This document shows positions 1 through 16,436 of a stretch of DNA of 64,000 nucleotides, one piece after another. The translations under genes were made by a program, and so were the position numbers. Position 1 is the first letter of the stretch. Every line of letters begins with the position of its first letter. The notes under the pieces were generated by a model. The model was not told the DNA's origin, did not search any database, and saw only the letters and a list, made by a program, of their open reading frames with translations. Source of the stretch: Macrostomum lignano. Its lineage: Eukaryota. Location: NCBI GenBank assembly GCA_002269645.1, contig NIVC01000592.1, positions 310,001 through 374,000 of the forward strand, in the 5' to 3' direction.

Positions 1-609
1 TTGAGCGTCCAGACAGGCTAGGAGGCGCCTGTAGAGACGCGCCTTGCGGCCATTGTGACTGAGATTCAGCACTACTAGCAGCTCGCGAACCTCGTGCTGG
101 GCCATGGTTGGCAGCAGATTCTAATAGATATTTGATTGATTGGTTGGTTGTGTCAAAGAAATTGAGAGCCAGAGCATCAGGTAGCTATATGGTTAAAAAC
201 TATTAGTAATCATAGGTGTGCAACACTCAGATGGCGAGGGGCCCAGCCAAGTTAAATCGCAAAAATGCCACCCCCAAATACAGTCGTAGTACTAATTAGA
301 TAACGAGGCATTTAGCCTTGATAATAGTCAAAGTAACTCCTGCCGGTTACTCCAAATTACCTTAATTTTTCCTGTTTTCTTTCATAGGCAAGTGGCATGG
401 CCAGTGTAAATCAGGGGTGTTGTGCATGTATGTTAGCAACTGGATTTATGTCTTGGTCCTAGACATAGAAACAGCATAGAAATGCTCTTTCACAATATAC
501 TAAATCTCTAAGTCAGATACTAATACTGGACTCCTTGACAACCAGGTAACTGGGTAGATAATACATGTACATACTCATTTTACACATTATTCCAAGCAGG
601 GACTATTTA

Positions 610-690
610 GGGGCTATAGCCTAGTGGTTTAGTCTGACATACACTGATGCACTAGCAGCCCAGGCTTGATTTCAAGTGCAGTGACATTAA
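610..690 (+). mobile_element. Degenerate tRNA-derived SINE head
   Basis: A-box TAGCCTAGTGG at 617-627 and a decayed B-box GGCTTGATTTC at 663-673, tRNA-like spacing; no intact cloverleaf. Confidence 0.4.
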
Positions 691-2144
691 TTTAGGGCTT
701 AATTGAAATCTTGGCTTGGTCTTGCTTAACACAATTAATGCCATTGAGAGCTAACCTTCTAAGGAATAGTGAAATGTATGCCTAATGATAAATAAAGTTA
801 GGGCCATTATACACTACTGTGTATGCCTATGTGCATAACTATATATGTATCTGCACCTATATGCCTATACAGAGGAATTAGCAAAATGGGCAATAATGTC
901 TATTGCTAGTTATGCTTTAAAGTATGCCAATGTGCACATAATTGAGGTAAGGTACATTGTTTGAGGAAAGCTAAGAAAACAAAAGCAAAATGAAATGGAA
1001 CAAAAAGCAAATGAAAGCATTATCATTTTCTTAGCTTTCACATTGCCCTACTGCTATTAATAAAAGCAAGGACTAGTCTAGAAAAAAATTCAATACCAAA
1101 AGACAAACTTGCAAAATATATAAGGTCATAACAATGAAAATAACTTACCTCAATGATATCATTACATCTAGTGTTCAGCTGCAATTGCACCATTTTATAT
1201 ATCAACAATGCTATGCCAAAATATTGCCTTGGGCTTGTTTATGCTGAAAAATATTTCAAATTTCAAGTATTATACAAGGAAGTCTATAGTGTAGTACTCA
1301 TATATAATTATTGTTTTATTGCTAATTTTTGTTTTTGCCATTTGGATATAATTAGGTCTAGCTATATTGGTATAACAAATAGAAATGCAAAATAACTTAT
1401 TTAAATCACAAATGATAGTTTTGAAATGAACTTGACAGCATAATAATTTAGTAGTTTATATTGATAATGTAGACAAAAGCTTGCTCTAACATAGCCAAAG
1501 CAACTTGAGCTTGATATATTTGACTCAAATAGTTAGGCCTATTAGACCTAACATCAGGTGGAAGAGAATAGGCATGGTCATAGATATAGACCATAAGAGT
1601 GACAATTATTCTAGGCAAGGTATAGGGGCCAAAAGTGCTTTATAGGCCCTAATATCTCAAAATTAACTAGGCAAAAAACATTTTAAAAATGTTAAAATTT
1701 AAACTGTCAGTATGCAATAAATTTCATAAAAAATGGCTGAACCAATTTTCTTCAAACTTGCACCATTTGATCAGAAATTTTCCTGGGACAGTACATATTG
1801 GCTAAGAAATTGCTCAATGTTAAAGGGATTCAATATTCAAAAACATGCTTTTTTGCAAAGGTCAAGCACAATTTTCTACTTGAAATACATTGTAAGAATG
1901 CTAAAGGCAAAACTGACTGGTTGAATTCTGATTCTAATAAAGATTACATCACAACAAGTTGAAAACAGTGCCGAAGAAATGCACACACAACTTGATTTAG
2001 ATTGCGTAACCAATATAGCTAATTTAAATTGAGACTGATACTGGCTGACTGAGAAATTTATTATGTCATACCTTTTTACTCTAACTAACTTGCTGTAAGA
2101 ATTGAATTATAAGGGACACAGTTCATGTTCTCCAATTGAAAAGA

Positions 2145-2220
2145 GATAGCCTAGATATGAACAGACTGGACTGCTAATGTAGCAACCTGGGTTTGAATCT
2201 TAGTAGTACAATTTTTTTTA
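2145..2220 (+). mobile_element. Second degenerate tRNA-derived SINE head
   Basis: TAGCCTAG at 2147 and B-box GGTTTGAATCT at 2190-2200 (GGTTCGAATC with CpG>TpG), followed by a T-run. Confidence 0.4.
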
Positions 2221-2261
2221 AAACACTTTAAAAACACAAAATGCTAATCACAAAAAAGCAC

Positions 2262-2787
2262 AATGTCAAACATAAAAGAGCTACCAAGTCAAACATAAAA
2301 GAGTTACCATGTCAAACATAAAAGAGCCATCATGTTGAACATAAAAGAGCCACAATGCCAAAAATAAAAGAGCCACCATGTCAAACATAACAGAGACACC
2401 ATTTTAAACATAAAAGGGCCCCCATGGCATAGAAGAGCCACCATGTCAAACATAAAAGAGCCACCCTGCCAAACATAAAAGAGCCACCATGTTGAACATA
2501 AAAGAGCCACCATGTTAAACATATATGTGACTCCATGTCAAACATAAGAGGGCCAACATTGCAAACATTAAAGAGCCATTTCTTCAAACATATATGTCAC
2601 TCCGTATCAAACATTAAAGAGCCACCATGTCGAACATTAAAGAGCCACCATGTCGAACATTAAAGAGCCACCATGCCAAACATAAAAGAGCACCATGTTG
2701 AATATAAAAGAGCCACTATGTCAAATATAAAAGTGCCACCATGTTGAACACAGAAGAGACACCATGTCAAACATAAAAGAGCCACCA
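2262..2787. repeat. Minisatellite, ~23-bp unit GTCAAACATAAAAGAGCCACCAT (left half)
   Basis: About 22 diverged tandem copies; the same array resumes at 5052. Confidence 0.95.
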
Positions 2788-3451
2788 TCTCTTTTTAATA
2801 CTAAAAGTGGTGCGATGTTTGTCTGTATGTATGTTGTAAATGAACTCCTACAATTCTGCCAAGTCAGCGTCAAAACTTATATGGGAAAACTGCAAATTTT
2901 CTGGAGCAGGCTTTAGGCAATTTTAATTTTTAATTTTCACAATTTAACATCCCTAAAAAAGCAGAAAACTGCTTTTTTAACCCTTATCCCTATAAAAATC
3001 AAAACTCTGTCTGTGTGTGAACAGAAGCCGCGTGGAGAGGCTACATTTAGCCATGACAGTTTAGTGAGAGATTCAAACCACTGTCTTCTCTATATGGACA
3101 AATCTGCGGCAGTTTAATAGTAGATGGCAAACCAAGGCAATGCGGACAGCGGGATGGTTTTTAAAAATAGCAAAAAATTAATTAATAACTGATTACAATG
3201 CAATCTTACTAAATTAGTTACACTTACACCATTAAACTTTTAACATTAAGATTTGCATAAGGTAACTTTAAAATTTAAATGGCCCCTAAGAAATGCATAT
3301 TTCCTTGGTTGTTAGACTGCTGCAGACTGTGGTGGTGTTCGTGGAGCTGGAGAGTCCTCTCAGTCTCAGGGCTTACTAATTGGCCAGAAAGATGACATGA
3401 TTAAAGCATGAGAAATGATAACAACTACATCCCAAAAACTGGCTTTCGAGG

Positions 3452-3836
3452 CAGGGATCGGCAGATTTTTACCCCAAAGGCCAGATAAAGAATCTAGCTC
3501 ATGGCTGCGGGCCAGATGAGAGTGGAAAGGAGAAGGAATAGACTGTTGGAAAGAGAGGAGGGGCGAGAGAGAGGGGAATAAGAGAAATGATAGAAGATAA
3601 CAAGAGATATGAGGGGTGAGGAGAGAGCAGAGAATATGTGAGGAAAAAGCAAGACGAGGGGAGAGAGGAAAGAGTAGAGGTGAGAAGAAGGAGAGAGAAG
3701 AGGAGAGAGATAAGACAGGATCGATGAGAGAGGAGAGTAGAGAAGAGTGAGATGAGAGTAGAGATGAGAGGATCGAGAGGAGAGATTAGAAAGGATCAAG
3801 GAGAGGAGATAAGAGGGGGAAGAGGGGGAGAGGATT

Positions 3837-3903
<67 letters not shown>

Positions 3904-4851
3904 AGAAAGAAGAGAGGAGAAAGGAGAGATGATAGAGTAAAGAGAAGAGAAGGAGAGAGGAAAGATATGAGATTGTAGAGATGAGAGATTAAGGAATACA
4001 CAGCAGGGTACAGAGAGACGAGAGAAGAGAATAGAGGGGAGAGAGTATAGAAGAGGGAAGAGAGGAGAGGAGTAAGGAAAGAGAAGTCAGAAGAGGGGAA
4101 AGAGAAGAGTACACAGGAGAGAGGGGAGTAGAGATGACAGAAGAGAGAGGGGAGTAGAGATGACAGAAGAGAGAGGGGAATGAGAGAGCAAAGATGAGAA
4201 TGAACAGACGATATATGAGAGGAGAGAAGTAGAGAGGGAAGAGAGAAGACAAAAGAGGGAGAGAGTATAGAAGAGAGAAGAGAAGAGACAAGAAGAGAGA
4301 AGAAAGGAGAGAGGTGAGAGAACATATGAGAGTAAAGATGACAGATAAGAGAGGGGAGATGCGAGAGCAGAAACGAGAGTAAACAGGCGAGAGATGGGAG
4401 AGTAGAGAGAAAAGAGGAGAGATAAGAAATAAGATATGAGTGGAGACAAGGGAGAGATGAGAAGTGAGTGAGGAGAGAGGAGGAGATGGGAGAGAATCGA
4501 GAAGACAGGAGAAATTGGTGAAAATGATGAGAGAGGAGAGGAAAGAGGGGAGAGATTAGAGAGATAGAGGAGAGAGCAGAGATATGTGAGGAGAGAGAGC
4601 AAAGAGAAATGAAAAAAGACAAGAGAGAAGATAAAGGAAGAGAAAGGAGAGATAAGAGAGCAAAGACAAGAGAGAAGAGAGTTGAGGGAAGAGAGGATAA
4701 AAGAGATGAGAGGAGAGAGAAAAGAATAGAGGGGAAAGGGAAGAGACGAGAGAAGAGGGGAGAGAGGAAAGAGGAGAGAAAAAGAAGAGATGAGAAGAGA
4801 GAGAAGAGATGGAGAGGCAGTGGCAGAGGCCAGAGTTTGCCTGACACTCTG
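3452..4851 (+). mobile_element. Possible decayed hAT-like non-autonomous element with GA-rich interior, nested in the Helitron
   Basis: Left end CAGGGATCGGCAGA...GCGGGCCAGA and right end GGCCAGAGTTTGCCTGACACTCTG resemble hAT MITE termini; TIRs imperfect, no TSD found. Confidence 0.35.
3520..4815. repeat. GA-rich low-complexity tract including pure (GA)n at ~3840-3898
   Basis: Purine-only runs; the Leu/Ser-rich minus-strand ORFs here are by-products. Confidence 0.9.
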
Positions 4852-5051
4852 TGTAGCATCCCAGCTAATATCAATATCAATGCTTGCTTCAAATGTCCTA
4901 ATTTTACACAAATGTATATATTTTATGTTTAACTCTATCCAACTATTAACAAGTTTTTGTTTGAGTTTGACTCCGATTTTAGAATGCATGTAAAAATAAT
5001 TCCGGGGAATAGAGTTTCCCAGGTTCAAAATCCGCGGGTTTCAACAGCTTG

Positions 5052-5400
5052 TGTCAGATATAAAAGAGCCACCATGTCAAATATAAAAGAGCCACCATGC
5101 CAAACATAAAAGTGCCACCATGTTGAACACAGAAGAGACACCATGTCAAACATAAAAGAGCCACCATGTAAGATATAAAAGAGCCACCATGTCAAACATA
5201 AAAGAATCACCATATCAAACATTAAAGTGCCACTATGTCAAACATAAAAGAGCCATCATGTCAAACATATATGTAACTCCATGTCAAACATTGAAGAGCC
5301 ACCATGTTAAACATAGAAGAGCCACAATTTCAAACATTAAAGAGCCACCGTTTCAAACATAAAAGAGACATTGTTTCAAACATAAAAAGAAGTGTCATGC
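5052..5400. repeat. Minisatellite, ~23-bp unit (right half of the 2262-2787 array)
   Basis: Same unit; a 62-nt variant block at 5106-5167 is identical to 2727-2788. Confidence 0.95.
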
Positions 5401-5494
5401 CAAACAAAATGGAGCCATTATAAAGCTAAGGAAATTGTTGCACTAGCTACTTGTTCTCTGTTGGATGATTGCTATTTAAGGATGGATACTTGCT

Positions 5495-5880
5495 ATCAGG
5501 GGGATGCTTGCTATCTGATGGATGCTTGCTATCTGAGGGATGCTTGCTATTGGTAGGATGCTTGCTATTGGAAGGATGCTTGCTACTGGGGTAACTTGCT
5601 ATTGGGAGATGCTTGCTTTTGGGGGGTGGAGGGTACTTGCTATCTTGAGAGGAGGTTGCTAGATATCTATAAGGTCTCTTTGTATCTAGGTTATGCTTGC
5701 TATCTGGGGTTGCTTGCAGTTTGGGGGATGCTTGCTATCTGGGGTCTGGGAGATGCTTGCTATTTGGGGGATGCTTGCTATCTGGGGTTGCTTGCTATCG
5801 GGTGGATGCTTGCTATTTGGGTGATGTTTACTATTTAGGGATTGATGCTTGAATGCTATCTGTGGATGCTTGCTGTCTTT
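5495..5880. repeat. Degenerate ~18-bp minisatellite (GGGATGCTTGCTATCT core)
   Basis: ATGCTTGCTAT core recurs about 20 times with variable G-rich spacers. Confidence 0.85.
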
Positions 5881-6272
5881 GGATGTTTTTTTAGAGGAAA
5901 TGTCTGTTGCTTTTTCATGAAGGCTTTATTTTGCTGTCTATTTGTTATTTCTCTTAGAGTCTTTATTTGTAAAGAATAAGGATTCTATCTAGATATCCCC
6001 TATCGGGAGGCGAATATTGCTAGTTAAAAACTTAAATAATTTTAAGTTATAAATTAAATACCTTAAGCGGGGGGCAAACGGCAACTTAAACCGAGGGACT
6101 CTGTGACATCCGCCAGCTTTTCGTTTTTCGAGGAGGCTCTTCCCCCTCCTTTTCGTTCTGGCCTGGCGTGGAAGCGGCTAGCTTCCTCGTCTTGGTCTGC
6201 TGGTGGGGGACGGATCCCCCCTGCTGCTTTTTTGCGGGGCAGGTGGCTGCTAAGTAGTTGGCTGCTGGCTAA

Positions 6273-11359
<5,087 letters not shown>

Positions 11360-11743
11360 TCCTTGTGCTCTTTTACCTTGGGGTTGCGATAGGGGCCTCG
11401 CGGCCTATTCGCGGCGCCTGCGCCCCCCGTCAGTAGTAAGTAGTAAGTAAATACCTTAAGCTAAAAATCAAAGTAAGTGATATAATTGATTAATAGTAAA
11501 AAACTTTTAAATAATTGTTATTTTGAGTTAGCCTAGAATAGATTAGAAAGTAGCAGTTTTTAAGTTTAAAGTATTTTTCAATATTTATTTTATTTTTAGT
11601 TATAGGCCTATCTAGTTATGGTTTGTCTTATAACCTATAAGTAGGCCTAGATTTTAATCATGGCCTATAAAATATTCAATTTTTCTGGAAGAATAGCTCA
11701 CTTAAAATACTAAATAGGAATAAAATAAATGAAAGAACAACCA

Positions 11744-12120
11744 TTAACTTGTTTTTATTTACTTTAATTTAATTGCCAATGCATTTTGATCCTTATAGGT
11801 CATCATCAGGGCAGTAATAAAATTGAAAATTTTAATAAACAGTTAAATAAATATATCTATTATAAGTTGAATATACAATATAAATTAATGTATATAGTTT
11901 TCAATTGAAACAAGTTCTAACACATGGTGCAATAGCTACCTCGAGGCTAAAACATGCTGAGTTGGCATCTGGCACCCCCCAGGCCATAGCTAGGCCTAGC
12001 TGGCAGTTTAAGCTGGGGTATCAGTAAATTGAAAATTTCAATTTCATTACTGCCTTGACGATGACCTATAAGGGTCAAAATGCATTGGCAATTAAATTAA
12101 AATAAAAAAAAACAAATTAA
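11744..12120. mobile_element. Foldback/MITE-like element with ~90-bp inverted arms
   Basis: 11744-11834 is the reverse complement of ~12029-12120 (core TTAATTGCCAATGCATTTTGAyCCTTATAGGTCATCrTCA); the spacer holds the palindrome AGCTAGGCCTAGCT (11988-12001). Confidence 0.7.
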
Positions 12121-14637
12121 TATTTGTTTGCTCATTCATTTTACTCAATTCTTATTTTGTTTAATTTAGTAAATAATCATAGAAATCTCTGAACAAAATC
12201 AAAATGTAGGCCTATATAGATAGGCTTACCTATCATTAAAATTAGGCCCTACTATTATTGGCATTTTATTTCAATAGGGCTAATACCAATTGCCAAGTCA
12301 AGATACTAGGCCTAGTGTTGACCTAGGTCTATTCTAACACTTTATAGTTACCCAAGAACAAGATGGAATCCTTGCTTGGGCCTTGTGGCATTGTAAGAAG
12401 GATAGGATAATGTAGGTGCATATTCTTGTAATAGCCATAATAGCATACAACATGCAAACTGTGCATATGTCAGCTGAAAATAGGAGAACTTGAGCACACT
12501 TGTATGGAAAATTCAAAGCCTGTGATTAAAATGAAAGAAGATGTGCAGTCAAGCACTAGGCCTAGACCCATAGACTAGCAGGTTTTATCACAATTATAAA
12601 CCATGTTTTCTTTCCATTAGGCAGTCTTATGAGAAACGTAACAAGTGTCACATCTTGCTGAAGCCATAGGAGTATAATATAGGCCTAGGCCTATGTATGC
12701 CTGGTCTAGGCCTAGGTTAATGAGGCGGAGGTCCAACTCTAACTAGAGACCACTAGACCAGTAGAGTAGCCATACACGGCATACAGTTATTTGATTTATC
12801 ACTAGGCCTAGTTATAAATTAACAGCACAGCAGGATTACGCCTGTAAGTGATCATAAGAATACATAGTCATTGTATTGTATAAGGTCCTAAGTATATCAT
12901 TTATCAATTGTCCGCTCGATTGATCGTTCTGGGACTAAACTGAGCCAAGCTATGATGTGATAATAATATTATTATACCTGCATGGTTTAAAAAATAATCA
13001 CGAAAAAAAATTAAAATTCTCTACTATAATTTCTGAAGTTTTAACACATTTCAAGTTCTGAGTTTTATTGCTAGTGTTTAAAGAAAATATCTTTGCGAAA
13101 TAATTGGTTACAGTTAAATTTTTGTTCATTTTGAATGTCTTAAGACAATTTTATGTCTGCATTTATCTAGCGTATTGTAAATATTTAAAATTAGGTGAGC
13201 ACCTGCAGAGTACTACTAGAGTAGCAACGGTTAGCAAGTTGAGTAGCCTTGGTGGTGCGTGTGCTGTTATCCCGCGGGGATTGTTGCTTGATTTAATTGT
13301 CAATAAAGTTGCACTTACGTCTATGAATTGATATACGGAAAATATTAGGCCCCTATTAGTGTCAATTTTCAAAGTGAATGCCCCATATTACTATTTGTAT
13401 TGTATACAGTCCAGATAAGCCTATGCCCCATATGCTTTTTGTATTTTTTAGCTTTTATCTAGACTTAGAGCCAATAGAGCTTCATTAATGCTAACTGTCT
13501 TGTATAGTTTGTAATTATAACTTCTATAACTAAAATTGTAGAGTCAAGAGTCTAGGGTATATGCCTAATCCCTATCTCTGGCTATGCCTATGCCTAGAAT
13601 ATAGTTATAGTTATACAATTTCAAACCTATTATTTTCTTACCACTATAGAGAAATAATGGTTTTTATTTAATCTTTTTCCTAGTCCAAGGCTTAAAACCT
13701 TTAGGTCTATGCCAGAAAATAATTCTAACTAGGCATAAGTGGCTATCTCCTAGTTTACTGCATTAGGGCCATTCTATATAATTATGGTTGTAACATGACA
13801 GGCTATTTTTACTTATAAAATGAAATCTAATCATTGAATATACTAAACCAATATTTTCAATAAAATATTATTTTGTCAAGAATATGTTTATATAGTTTTA
13901 TATATATATCATCAATAGTATAGATGCTATTAAACCTTGAATGGCACTTATGGTTGTAACAATAGGATTTTTGACATATAGAAACTAAAAGGTAAAAGTC
14001 TTATAACATTTTTCATTTTTGATATTTTGCAATACATTTTTTAAATTTGACTAAGATTGTCTAAGAACATCTTAAGAAATCATACTCTTTTATTAGAATA
14101 TATAAACTTATAAAGGCAACAAAGATACAAAAGAAAAGGCAGCCTTATAGTCGTAACATTATGGTCGTAACATATTTTTTCTATCAATTCAGTAACTTTG
14201 AGTTACCAATATATTAAAAATATACTAGATTATATAGTCACTAATGTTTTTATCTGATTATGCAAATACTATAATTTTATCTATATTTTGTTTCAACCTT
14301 CCAAAGCTTTTCATTTGTTTTCAAGAGGTACACAAAGTTAATGATGTCTTTTGCTTAGAAAAATGTCCAAATTTTTACAAAAATGGCTTTTTGCCAATTG
14401 ATAACATACTAATCCAACGTTTTATCATTTATTTATTCTTAGATTGTATATATTACATATAAAAAAAATTAGGCAAAAAAATTGGCTGATAAGGCAATGG
14501 CAAGTAAAAATATTGATTTTTTTTATTTTCCAAATATGTCTATCTTATATAAAATGAGCCATTAAATTATTTTTGTGTAGAAAATGAAAAGTTACATATT
14601 TCAATAGTTGATAGTAGTTAGAGGGCAGTCCAAAGTA

Positions 14638-14897
14638 TCAATAATAATGCACAGCCACAACCCAATATAGGAATTTTCCAAACTCCTTCGGGAAGAGGCG
14701 GCGCCATAGGTACTCATTGAGGTGGGTCTCAAACAGGGTATTGCTGGTGCCATACATCGCCCTGAATTTGGCCTTGACATATGCCCAAGACTTCTCAATG
14801 GTGTTTGTGTGGATAGTCAAGTTGTGGGGGTCCACAAAGTAAAGTTGGTGATTGTAGTTGGTGCTCTAGGCCTCCTAGCCATATGGGCAGTCAGTAG
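14638..14897 (-). pseudogene. Merlin / IS1595 (ISXO2-like) DDE transposase C-terminal relic
   Basis: Minus strand reads TDC...(stops)...NHQLYFVDPHNLTIHTNTIEKSWAYVKAKFRAMYGTSNTLFETHLNEYLWRR, matching the TD..NH..FVDP..HTNTIE..W..K..YL.E..WRR signature. Confidence 0.85.
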
Positions 14898-15777
14898 GTA
14901 GGCTAAAAATTTTGAAAGTAGGCAAATAATTTATTTAACACAGTAAACTAGAAGATTGCCAGCCTAAGCAGTAATGTAAATTTATTATTGTATTTATAAC
15001 TTTCGTTAATAACTTATTTTTAATGACAATGTAACTTATTTTTATTTTTAAAACATCTTGTATCTAATTAAAAATCATTATCATATCATTTTTCCCAAAA
15101 AAAGTTTGCATTTTGCATTGATTATCTATTTATATCTTGATTTATGCCTTGATAAATTTATAGCCATATGTCTAGGCCTAATAATAGGCCCATCCTAATG
15201 TTCACTATGAATGTACATTAGGATGCATGACTACTATAGGCCTAGTCTTTATATCATGCCTATGTAGGAAAAAATCTTTTTGATGACAGTATCCATTCCT
15301 AAAGGTATTTTGCTAAAAAAATTGACAATTTAAGCTAATACAACCAACAACTTCACAATCAAAACTCATAGTCTTATAGGAATGATGGGATAAAAGCTAA
15401 TTTTCTTTATAAAGTTAAATGTTTCAATACAAAAATTGATTTATAGGCTACTTTTATATTGTTAATTAGTAAGAGTGCTATAGGCCAGACTTAAAGATAT
15501 AGTAAGCTAGCTCTAGCCTATAGGCTGGAGTTTGCCAACCTCTGATTGACAATAGGCCCTAAAAGCTGATTTTAAAAGTTTGTTTTATTATCTGAATATC
15601 ATACTCCAAGCATAGTTGCTATAGTATTAGATTAAATGATTTTTGTCTATTTTTGTTTTAAATATATAATAAAATAAAATTGTCTAATAAGTAAAGTTAA
15701 TCAAAATAATCACCTTTGGTGCTGATAACTTCAAATGGCATTTATCAGCACTTTATCAGTTATCAGCACCTGCTCCA

Positions 15778-16090
15778 GATAGCAGGATTATACAAACTAA
15801 TGCTGCTGAGTATAAAAACTCCTATACAGACAGCAGGATTATACAAACTAATGCTGCTGAGTATAAAAACTCCTATACAGACAGCAGGATTATACAAACT
15901 AATGCTGCTGAGTATAAAAACTCCTATACAGACAGCAGGATTATACAAACTAATGCTGCTGAGTATAAAAACTCCTATACAGACAGCAGGATTATACAAA
16001 CTAATGTTGCTGAGTATAAAAACTCCTGTACAGATAGCAGGATTATACAAACTAATGTTGCTGAGTATAAAAACTCCTGTACAGACAGCA
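15778..16090. repeat. 51-bp minisatellite, ~6 copies, ~350 bp upstream of the FAR start
   Basis: Unit CAGCAGGATTATACAAACTAATGCTGCTGAGTATAAAAACTCCTATACAGA. Confidence 0.95.
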
Positions 16091-16436
16091 ATGGTTCTAC
16101 AAAATATATTTCTGAAATGTAAAACAGCTTTCTATAAAAAAACTCGACCTTGTATTGATCAGAACGAACTTGAGTGTGTGGGTTTGGGCTGCTGCAGTGA
16201 GCTACTGAGCTCCAGCAGGAAGGCATTGCTCTCTTATCTCAAGTGTGGAGGTCATAGGGCAGATTGTGCCCAATAAGTTTTGCTCACGCCATTAACTATT
16301 GCCCTCCCCTCCACCTGTTTCCATGCATTTTAAATATGCGTCCAATTTAGAAATTCGCTTACTCGCTTTCACTTTGAATCGTCCCGCCAGTCTCCAAAAT
16401 TTCTCCCCCGCCCCGATCCCGCAGTCCTCAGTCGGC

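Larger units (their letters stand above)
2788..5051 (+). mobile_element. Non-autonomous Helitron-like element inserted in the minisatellite
   Basis: Starts TC (TCTCTTTTTAATACTAAAAG...GTTTGTCTGTATGT) and ends ...CCGCGGGTTTCAACAGCTTG (CTTG, variant of CTRR). Small hairpin GGGAA/TTCCC at 5005-5020. Inserted between A and T with no TSD; removal restores the unit GAGCCACCA|TGTCAGATATAAAAGAGCC. Confidence 0.65.

Noticed and set aside
610-690. Functional tRNA gene
   Set aside because: B-box is decayed and acceptor and anticodon stems do not pair; called a SINE relic instead.
1153-1924. Short AT-rich ORFs (also at 12334-14462)
   Set aside because: No homology cues or codon bias; they lie in decayed repeat DNA.
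6055-6068. TSD reverse complement contains CTTAAGGTA, as in the 28S R2/I-PpoI target
   Set aside because: Only a 9-nt match, flanks are not rDNA, and the element uses an APE rather than a restriction-like endonuclease.
6069-6270. HDV-like ribozyme at the LINE 5' end (TTCCTCGT loop, GGCAAAC/GTCTGCT, GCTAAG, CGGCTA/TAGTTG)
   Set aside because: P1 has a mismatch and no valid P3 helix can be formed by hand; a covariance-model or descriptor search would be needed to rescue it.
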